Shown: positions 28,620 through 35,618 of the stretch, one piece after another
Layout of the letters: every line of letters begins with the position of its first letter
Position numbering within the stretch: position 1 is the first letter of the stretch
Origin: Deltaproteobacteria bacterium
Lineage (GTDB): Bacteria > Desulfobacterota > Syntrophia > Syntrophales > UBA2185
Direction of reading: 5' to 3'
Assembly (NCBI GenBank): GCA_026388545.1
Contig: JAPLJS010000070.1
Location: forward strand, 14,065 to 78,064
DNA length: 64,000 nt
Notes under the pieces: generated by a model
Seen by the model: the letters and a program-made list of their open reading frames with translations, nothing else
The model's database searches: none
What the model was told of the DNA's origin: nothing
Translations under genes and position numbers: made by a program

Positions 28620-29776
28620 AGCCTCATCTGTCCCAACTGCTCTATCTTTTTAGGGCGTGTCTGCGGTAACACGACCTCTGCAACCGAAAGACCTGCATCA
28701 AGGCCCTTTTTTTCTTCATTGTTTGGGGAACGGGCAATCGTACCTTCACGAGTCGCCTCAAGGACTACGACACTGCGGGAGTCGATACCTTTGTTGCTGA
28801 GCAGGGCCTCACTGTGGGAACTTATAATAATCTGCCGTCGCTGCTTGCTAGCGCGCTGAATGCGCTCTATCAGGGCTGGAAGCTGCTCCACCACGGCCTG
28901 ATGCAGAGACATTTCCGGTTCCTCAATGAGAAGCAATGAATTGCCTTCAAGGAGAGACCAGAGGATGCCTAGGAACCGAAGTGTTCCGTCGGAGAACTGA
29001 TCTTCCCTCTGCCACCCAGCTTTGGGGCGGTGATGCTCATAAAGGGCTTCGAGGTGCGGTTTTCCTGTCACTTCATCTTTCTTGAAATGCAATTCTTTGA
29101 ACTGAGGAACTGCAGCTGACAGGGCCACATTAATCTTCTTCAGTCTTGCTTCGCGTATCCTCACCTGGCACTTGGCTATCCGCTCCAAGAATCCCTGACC
29201 GAAGGGATCGTCCTCAAGAGGGTTCCCACCAATCTTGTCTCCATACTTGAGTAGTTGGGGCACCAGATGAAGGTAGGTAATGCTGCTGAAGTAGTCCACA
29301 ATCTCTCGGAAATCGGCACTGGCCCTCGTCTGTTCCAGGTAAGTTTCCGTGAGCAACCGATCGTCCTTCTGGTCATCGGGAAGCGGGCGTTTGATGATAC
29401 ACTTTTTGGCACGCCAAACCTCCTCGCAGGAAACAAGCAGGCGCTGAGCACCCTTGCCTTCCGATTTGAAGCCGAGCACATACCGCCAGGAGTTGGATCG
29501 ATCATCAACTCGCTCACCAAAAAAGACCTCGATTTTCACCTCGGGGTCACGCCGAGCATGAAGACAACGGAGTTTCTTAATCCCACCCCGGTCTTTCACG
29601 GCCTTCTGAAGTCCCCCGCCAGCCGGTTTGCACACGTCGCGGAGGAACCGAAACACGTCAAGGAGGTTTGATTTTCCGGAGGCGTTCGGTCCTATAACAT
29701 AAGATGTCTGGGTAAGATGGATCTCAGCTTCGTGGAAGTTACGCCAATTCTTTAGTTTCAGATTAGTAATATACAT
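28610..29776 (-). CDS. ABC/SMC-type ATPase (AAA15/AAA21-like; OLD/AriA-like N-terminal ATPase architecture)
   Basis: Walker A GPNASGKSN 30 aa from the N-terminus, a long insertion, Walker B/D-loop LLLIEEPEMSLH and H-loop IISSHS. Confidence 0.75.
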   Translation of the reverse strand: MYITNLKLKNWRNFHEAEIHLTQTSYVIGPNASGKSNLLDVFRFLRDVCKPAGGGLQKAVKDRGGIKKLRCLHARRDPEVKIEVFFGERVDDRSNSWRYVLGFKSEGKGAQRLLVSCEEVWRAKKCIIKRPLPDDQKDDRLLTETYLEQTRASADFREIVDYFSSITYLHLVPQLLKYGDKIGGNPLEDDPFGQGFLERIAKCQVRIREARLKKINVALSAAVPQFKELHFKKDEVTGKPHLEALYEHHRPKAGWQREDQFSDGTLRFLGILWSLLEGNSLLLIEEPEMSLHQAVVEQLPALIERIQRASKQRRQIIISSHSEALLSNKGIDSRSVVVLEATREGTIARSPNNEEKKGLDAGLSVAEVVLPQTRPKKIEQLGQMRLWE

Positions 29777-29919
29777 AGCGTCATTACCCCGTTAATATAG
29801 ATTAATCACCTTGAGCAATTTGATCCCCTATCATCGACGATTTGCCAGCTTCGGAGGTCAGTGCCTTTGTACCGTAGAAATGGGCACCGAAGCAAAAGCC
29901 CGTTTAACTAGATAAGAAC

Positions 29920-29975
29920 AGATAAGAATTTCCTTTATTGGAAGAAAGTATAGGGAAAACAGCCTTGTATGTCAA
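29920..29975 (-). promoter_or_regulatory. Shared promoter/leader module C (TTGACA-N17-TATACT), paralogous to 34962..35019
   Basis: Minus strand reads TTGACATACAAGGCTGTTTTCCCTATACTTTCTTCCAATAAAGGAAATTCTTATCT. Confidence 0.65.
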
Positions 29976-29988
29976 TGAAATAAAAACA

Positions 29989-31369
29989 ACATTGTAGGAA
30001 GCAAATAATATGTCCGGTCTGTAGCACATAAACTGTCCGGTTAATAAGTTACCCGATAGGAGGTAACTGATGAAGCGGACAGAGATGCTACAGGAGATCC
30101 GGAGGATGCGATTTGAAGAGGCATATGGAGGATGGCAAAAAGGGAGATTAAGCCAGGAGGAAGCAGCAGAGATATTGGGGGTATGCAGCCGGACATTTCG
30201 GCGTCAGATTGGTCGCTATGAAGAAAACGGGCTTTCGGGTCTGGACGATAAACGGCTTAATCAGGCCTCACATCGACGTGCGCCGGTAGATGAGGTCATG
30301 GCGTTAGGTGAGCGATACAAGAGCAGTTATAGAGGCTGGAATGTGAAGCATTTTTACTCCTGGTATTCAAGAGAAGGGGGAGTGCGGAGTTACACTTGGG
30401 TCAAGAATACGCTTCAGCGCCAGGGATTGGTTTTGAAGTTAAAAAAGAAAGGTTCTCATCGCAAGAGAAGAGATCGTAACCCCTTGCCAGGGATGATGTT
30501 GCATCAAGACGGGAGTGACCATGAATGGGTTTTGGGCAAGAAGTGGGATTTGATCGTGACGATGGATGATGCAACAAATGAACATTACAGTATGTTTTTT
30601 GTTCATGAAGAGGGAACGGCCAGCAGCTTTCAGGGCGTACAGGATGTGATTCTTAAAAAGGGGTTATTCAGTTCACTTTATACGGATAGAGGCAGTCACT
30701 ACTGGTTTACGCCGAAAGAAGGAGGCAAGGTCAGCAAAACCCAACTCACCCAGTTCGGTCGGGCCATGCAACAGTTAGGCATTGAGATGATCCCCGCATA
30801 TTCTCCAGAAGCAAGAGGCCGGAGCGAAAGAATGTTCCGCACACATCAAGGCAGACTTCCCAAAGAGCTTGCCGCCCATAACATCACAACCATAGACGCT
30901 GCCAACCATTACCTGAGAAAGGTATATCAACCTGCATTTAACAAAGAGTTCAAACAAAAACCATTGGAGGAAGGTTCGGCTTTTGTTCCTTGGGTGGGAA
31001 CTCATATCGAGGATACGCTTTGTGAGCATCATGAACGGACTGTTAGTCCCGATAATTGTGTCAGCTTTGACGGGATAATTTTACAGATTCCGCCTGATAG
31101 GTATCGTTGTCATTACGTCAGGGTTAGAGTTAAAGTCCATCGCTACACAGACGGTTCCCTGGCCATTTTTCATGGTCCACGGAAACTGGCTGATTATGAT
31201 GAAAATGGAAAGCTGAAAACAAAGAAAAAAGAAAAGGCAGCGTAAGTCCGCCGCTCGCCAAAATCGAAGGAAAGGGGCTCCAGGCTACGCCTTCCGCCCC
31301 TTTCCTTGAACATTGTAAAAGTGGACATATCATGTGCTACAAAATAGGACATTTCTATTTGTTGACAAC
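29989..31369 (+). mobile_element. Insertion sequence (rve-type DDE transposase; IS481/ISNCY-like) with imperfect terminal inverted repeats and a 14-bp direct repeat
   Basis: ATGAAATAAAAACA occurs at 29975..29988 and at 31370..31383. The ends share ATGTCC-N4/5-TGTAGCACAT-N4-TGTCC in inverted orientation. Confidence 0.75.
30070..31245 (+). CDS. DDE transposase, integrase-core (rve) domain with N-terminal HTH
   Basis: HTH (LSQEEAAEILGVCSRTFRRQI). Candidate D, D, E residues lie in HQDGSDHEW, LYTDRGSHY and PEARGRSERMF. Confidence 0.85.
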   Translation: MKRTEMLQEIRRMRFEEAYGGWQKGRLSQEEAAEILGVCSRTFRRQIGRYEENGLSGLDDKRLNQASHRRAPVDEVMALGERYKSSYRGWNVKHFYSWYSREGGVRSYTWVKNTLQRQGLVLKLKKKGSHRKRRDRNPLPGMMLHQDGSDHEWVLGKKWDLIVTMDDATNEHYSMFFVHEEGTASSFQGVQDVILKKGLFSSLYTDRGSHYWFTPKEGGKVSKTQLTQFGRAMQQLGIEMIPAYSPEARGRSERMFRTHQGRLPKELAAHNITTIDAANHYLRKVYQPAFNKEFKQKPLEEGSAFVPWVGTHIEDTLCEHHERTVSPDNCVSFDGIILQIPPDRYRCHYVRVRVKVHRYTDGSLAIFHGPRKLADYDENGKLKTKKKEKAA

Positions 31370-31739
31370 ATGAAATAAAAACACATATGGCATTAAGTTT
31401 TGATGATTTTGTAAAAGGGGGAACCTATGCATCTGTTTTTTTGAGACAGCAGATTTCATTTTTATTTTTGGCTAGTCGCAAGGGACCTTTCAGACATAAT
31501 TCGAATGGACATGTCCCGCACGCCCCATTAGGTTTCATAACTGGATATAGTCGTTTCAGGTGTGATCGGGATCGGCAATGATGTATTCATTACTTATTAG
31601 AAGTCTCGCATGTTAATCGAATTTTGAAAATGGAGGACTTCAGGAAGTAGGAATCTTTTCGCTTAAGGGATAATCGAACAGCTGATACCTTGCATATTTC
31701 AGGTGGCATTCAGTAAATCCGCCGATTGAAAGATTGTCA

Positions 31740-31800
31740 CGATTTGTATTTGAAAGTCCCGAGTTTTTATCTTTCTGGCGCCTAAAACAGGGACAAGGTA
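31740..31800 (+). repeat. E-family repeat, copy E4 (degenerate hairpin half)
   Basis: CGATTTGTATTTGAAAGTCCCGAGTTTTTATCTTTCTGGCGCCTAAAACAGGGAC. Similarity to E3 extends leftwards to about 31637. Confidence 0.55.
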
Positions 31801-31880
31801 ACCCATAGCAAGTTCATGGGACCTGTTTTCCCAAATCTCCTAATATTTTTCCGCGATAACTTTTTTACAAAGGTAGATCG

Positions 31881-32777
31881 TCACAATGCACGCATCCATT
31901 CGGGCTTGAGGCCAATTTCTCCCCGCAAAGCCGCATCTATCAAATCCAAAGCTCTTTGCTTGCCACTCGGTAGCTTTGCCTTAACTGGCAGGTAATTGGA
32001 GGCATGGTTCGAGAAAAAATATCCTCTGGTCAAATCCGTACAGGAGATCATTTCCCTCAATTCCCTGAGCAATCCCGCTTCATCGGGTAGTTCGAACATC
32101 CCGTTTTCACAATCACGGTAAAGGGGTGTCCCTGGAATGAGCATCACCGTCAAAGCCCCGACAAAATCGGGGTCCATGGCGCTTAACAACTCGCCCGTCG
32201 CGCGGGCATGACGAAGTGATTTCTCACGACCACCAATACCTAAAAGAACCGTGGCCGACAACTGGATGCCAGCCTCCTTAACCCTGCGTCCCATTTCGAT
32301 GCATGTCGCAGCAGCAGAACCTTTATGGATCGCATTTCTGATTTCATCATCGCCAGTCTCGACGCCTAAATACAGAATGCCGAGGTTATTTTGGCGCAAG
32401 AGCTTCAGTTCTTCCAGGGATTTCAATTTGATGCTTTTGACGTTTGCATAGGCCCCAACCCGTTTGACCCGTGGTAGGTGCTCTTTGATGTGTTCCAGTA
32501 TCCAGACCAACCTCTGTTGGGGAATAATCAGGGCATCGCCATCCATCAAAAACAGGCGATCCTCGTGCTGCATATGTCGAGCTGCAAAAAGGATGTCGCT
32601 GAGAATAATCCTGTCATCCTTGATCTTGAAGCGCTTGTCCGGATAAGAACCGCAAAATGTGCATTTGTTATGTGAGCAGCCCAATGTGACCTGCAAAAGG
32701 ATGCTGTCGGCCTCACTGGGCGGTCTGATGCAATACCCTTCATAATGCATCCCTTCATCTTCGAGAATAATATTCAT
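31881..32777 (-). CDS. Radical SAM domain protein (298 aa), cluster motif CX4CX2C
   Basis: LQVTLGCSHNKCTFCGSY near the N-terminus, followed by GGE-like and GxIxGxxxE-like segments (LFLMDGDAL, VLLGIGG). No SPASM or B12 domain is apparent. Confidence 0.75.
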   Translation of the reverse strand: MNIILEDEGMHYEGYCIRPPSEADSILLQVTLGCSHNKCTFCGSYPDKRFKIKDDRIILSDILFAARHMQHEDRLFLMDGDALIIPQQRLVWILEHIKEHLPRVKRVGAYANVKSIKLKSLEELKLLRQNNLGILYLGVETGDDEIRNAIHKGSAAATCIEMGRRVKEAGIQLSATVLLGIGGREKSLRHARATGELLSAMDPDFVGALTVMLIPGTPLYRDCENGMFELPDEAGLLRELREMISCTDLTRGYFFSNHASNYLPVKAKLPSGKQRALDLIDAALRGEIGLKPEWMRAL

Positions 32778-33068
32778 TGCTTATCTCATTTCTATTTCCA
32801 TTTGTATTGAGCAGGATTGAAACAATTAAAAATTTTGCGCAGTTTTATGTATGCCTGTGGATCGATCAATTTCAGGATTTTGGGAAGGCCCTTTGGTGAG
32901 ATCTTAATATTATTAACAGTAACTTGTCCGTGCTCTTTCTTCGATACGCTCAATCGATAAAAATCAAGGTGAATTTCTTGATTACCGATCGATTCGGGAT
33001 GCTCAAATGTTTAAATGTTTTATTCGAGAAATGATAAGGATTATTTTTTATCTTTCCTAATGATAATT

Positions 33069-34877
33069 TTATGTTTTTCTTTCTAATATCATGTCTTCAA
33101 TCCCTTTTCCAGGAGGGATGATTGGAAGTATGTAAGACTCTCTTTTTATTTCAACATCTAAAATATAAGGACCTTTATGAGATAATGCTTCTTTTATTGC
33201 AGGAGTTATTTCTTCAGATCTGGATATTCTGTTTGTCTTTATTCCATGATATACATCCTTTAGTCCAACAAGGTCAGGATTATGGTTTCGCTTTATGCAG
33301 TCTTTAAATGATGAACATTCTACAGGACAGTCTATGTTTCTATAAAGGCAGCATTCAAATAGATGACCTCTGTCAAACATCTCATGCCATTGCATAGGTA
33401 AGCCCCATAACCCATTGTTTATGACAAACATCTTTACAGGTATCCTGTTTGAGGCAATTGTTGCAAGCTCTTGAATGTTCATCTGGAAACTTCCATCACC
33501 GTCAACAAGTAATATTGCTTTATCCTTATTAGCATAATATGCACCAATTGCAGCAGGTAATCCACAACCCATTGTCCCAAGTCCTCCAGAAGTTATAAAA
33601 TCTTTTGGATTCTTGAAATTATAATATTGCGCAGTCCACATCTGATGCTGTCCAACACCTGTAGCAACAACAGCACCACCAGAGGTTAGGTCAGATAATT
33701 CTTTAATGAATTTTTGCGGAATAATCTCATCCTTATCATCATCAAGTTTTGGATTTAATTTTCTCCACTCAATTATTTCATCATGCCAATCTTTTAATGA
33801 TTCAATCCTTTCTGGTCCATGTCTAAGAGCGTATTCTAAGAATCTTTTTGCAGATGTATTTATAGAATAATCAACTTTTCTTATTTTATCTATTTCCGAA
33901 GCATCAATATCAACATGAGCGATTATTTTAGCTTTTTTCCCAAAACCTTTTACAACAACTCTATCATCAAACCTTGCACCGATTGCGAGAATATAATCTG
34001 CATTTAATGCAGAATAAAGAGCTTCAACTGTCCCATGTATGCCAAGCATTCCAAGAGAAAGTCTATCATTCCTTTCAATTGTCCCAAGCCCCATCAGTGT
34101 CATTCCCACAGGTGTGTCATATTTTTTTGCAAATTCTCTCAAAAGATCTTGTGAATCTTCGACCTTAATCCCGCCTCCAACATATAAAATAGGTCTTTTT
34201 GCACTTGAAAATTGATATAACATCTCATCTATGCTGTTTGTATCAAAGTTATCGATGGGTATTTTTATTTTTGTACCAAAAGGAATTTTATTATATTGAG
34301 AAGTTTCATTTCCAAGCAATGCATCTCTGCAAATGTCAATCAATACAGGTCCTCTTCTGCCAGTTGTAGTTAGTTCATATGCAAGTCTTAATGCTCCTTC
34401 TATCTCATCAGCTTTCTTTATTAGCATTGTATGTTTTGTTATTTGTGATACAATCAGTGCAATAGGAACTTCCTGGAATGCATCAGTCCCAATCCCTGGA
34501 GAAGACACTTGTCCTGTTACAAATATTACAGGTATTGAATCCATGTGTGCATCAGCAATAGGTGTCACAATGTTTGTTGCAGCAGGTCCAGATGTTACAC
34601 AGACAAATCCAGGTCTTCCAGTGATTTTAGCATAACCTTCTGCAGCATGCCCTGCTCCTTGTTCATGCCGAAACATTATCACTTCAGGTGTTTTTTCTTT
34701 TCTTTTCAGCCTCTCATTCATCTCAACATACATTGGCATTATAGCTCCACCAGTATGTCCAAAAATATAAGAGATTCCTAATTCATTTATTGTATCAACA
34801 AAGATACCAGCACCTGTTCTTACTTTATTTTCCGGGTTTTTTATCATTCCGCAGTCAGTTTTATTAGTTTTCATCAC
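33069..34877 (-). CDS. Thiamine-diphosphate enzyme, acetolactate synthase large-subunit-like, with a Cys-rich insertion
   Basis: N-terminal Pyr domain (FGHTGGAIMP, HEQGAGHAAEGYAK), the ThDP-binding motif GLGTMGCGLPAAIGA...GDGSFQMN, and an insertion FECCLYRNIDCPVECSSFKDC. The gene is very AT-rich. Confidence 0.8.
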   Translation of the reverse strand: MMKTNKTDCGMIKNPENKVRTGAGIFVDTINELGISYIFGHTGGAIMPMYVEMNERLKRKEKTPEVIMFRHEQGAGHAAEGYAKITGRPGFVCVTSGPAATNIVTPIADAHMDSIPVIFVTGQVSSPGIGTDAFQEVPIALIVSQITKHTMLIKKADEIEGALRLAYELTTTGRRGPVLIDICRDALLGNETSQYNKIPFGTKIKIPIDNFDTNSIDEMLYQFSSAKRPILYVGGGIKVEDSQDLLREFAKKYDTPVGMTLMGLGTIERNDRLSLGMLGIHGTVEALYSALNADYILAIGARFDDRVVVKGFGKKAKIIAHVDIDASEIDKIRKVDYSINTSAKRFLEYALRHGPERIESLKDWHDEIIEWRKLNPKLDDDKDEIIPQKFIKELSDLTSGGAVVATGVGQHQMWTAQYYNFKNPKDFITSGGLGTMGCGLPAAIGAYYANKDKAILLVDGDGSFQMNIQELATIASNRIPVKMFVINNGLWGLPMQWHEMFDRGHLFECCLYRNIDCPVECSSFKDCIKRNHNPDLVGLKDVYHGIKTNRISRSEEITPAIKEALSHKGPYILDVEIKRESYILPIIPPGKGIEDMILERKT

Positions 34878-34922
34878 ACTACCTTAACTATTTTTTTAGA
34901 AACAAGGTTGTGAACTCATCAA

Positions 34923-34961
34923 TTAAATGAGTATCACACTAATCACTCTTACAATTAGCAT
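34923..34961 (-). CDS. Candidate branched-chain-amino-acid-rich leader mini-ORF MLIVRVISVILI
   Basis: Own translation. 9 of 12 codons are Leu/Ile/Val. Lies between promoter D and the ThDP gene. No clear SD. Confidence 0.3.
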   Translation of the reverse strand: MLIVRVISVILI

Positions 34962-35019
34962 AGATAAGAATTTCTTTTTTGACGGTTGGAGTATAAGGCG
35001 GGAGAATCTTGTATGTCAA
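34962..35019 (-). promoter_or_regulatory. Shared promoter/leader module D (TTGACA-N18-TATACT), paralogous to 29920..29975
   Basis: Minus strand reads TTGACATACAAGATTCTCCCGCCTTATACTCCAACCGTCAAAAAAGAAATTCTTATCT. Confidence 0.65.
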
Positions 35020-35353
35020 ACAAAATTTGACGGTCAAATGGGGAATGCTGAGCCAAGAATTGGGGTGCGATCATTACGCATTGGAAGGATGCATGCCTAT
35101 GAAAATGACCGGATGCTGCATTTCAGGAAGATATGAGCAAAATCAAAGATTGAAAATCGAGCTATATGGCCATCGCATGTTTTAACCGGCAATCAATGAC
35201 CGGATGCAGTCATCTTCAGAAAGGTATTTTTTTGCTTTTATCTTTTTACATTTGTCTCGTTTCGTTTCCATCCAAGTATTTGAGTGCGAAGAAACAGCGA
35301 AAAAAGTAAAAAGGTCAAGGAACATAGGATCAAAGGGCTCATAAAATATTTTA

Positions 35354-35382
35354 TTGACACGATCTTTGAATATTGTTATAAA
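35354..35382 (+). promoter_or_regulatory. trp operon promoter
   Basis: TTGACA-N17-TATAAA, about 30 nt upstream of the leader ATG. Confidence 0.6.
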
Positions 35383-35410
35383 TATTTCCAACTTTAAAGG
35401 CAAAGAAAAA

Positions 35411-35479
35411 ATGAACAAGATACATTCAATCATTAACTGGTGGTGGCGTAATTCAAAGATGAGGTTTGTCCACCGCTAA
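35411..35479 (+). CDS. trpL: trp leader peptide MNKIHSIINWWWRNSKMRFVHR (three consecutive Trp codons)
   Basis: Own translation. TGG TGG TGG at 35438..35446. Followed by alternative hairpins and a terminator. Confidence 0.75.
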   Translation: MNKIHSIINWWWRNSKMRFVHR

Positions 35480-35502
35480 CTCTAATCATTAACCAAAACA
35501 CA

Positions 35503-35541
35503 AGCCGTGGAGACCTCCTCAGGACTCCACGGCTTTTTTTT
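35503..35541 (+). terminator. trp attenuator terminator (T1)
   Basis: AGCCGTGGAG-N12-CTCCACGGCT followed by TTTTTTTT. The 5' arm plus loop is complementary to GAGGTTTGTCCACCGC (35461..35476), which could act as an antiterminator. Confidence 0.75.
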
Positions 35542-35552
35542 ACCGAGACAAG

Positions 35553-35590
35553 AAAGGCCGTGATGATCAGCGGCCTTTTTTATTTTTACT
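35553..35590 (+). terminator. Second intrinsic terminator (T2) between the attenuator and trpE
   Basis: AAAGGCCG-N10-CGGCCTTT followed by TTTATTTTT. Confidence 0.6.
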
Positions 35591-35618
35591 AAAGTACAAA
35601 GAAAAGGAACTATGAAAC

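Noticed and set aside
31387-31581. 64-aa plus-strand ORF next to the IS
   Set aside because: It has no RBS and no motif, and it lies in the non-coding stretch between the IS and repeat E4.
19095-31800. Reading the E repeats as integron attC sites, and the island as a classical integron cassette array
   Set aside because: I could not find the RYYYAAC / GTTRRRY R-box pair at the ends of any copy. Orientation relative to the upstream gene is not constant (E6 is inverted). Modules are multi-gene with their own promoters. No intI-like tyrosine recombinase is in the window. I kept this as an unexplained repeat family instead.
32778-33068. RiPP precursor peptide between the ThDP gene and the radical SAM gene
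   Set aside because: On the minus strand only 2- and 6-codon ORFs exist. The one 37-codon ORF (32848..32961) is on the opposite strand and has no RBS.
35182-35433. 83-aa minus-strand ORF upstream of trpE
   Set aside because: It overlaps the trp promoter and the start of the WWW leader peptide. It has no RBS or recognisable motif, and the regulatory interpretation explains the region better.
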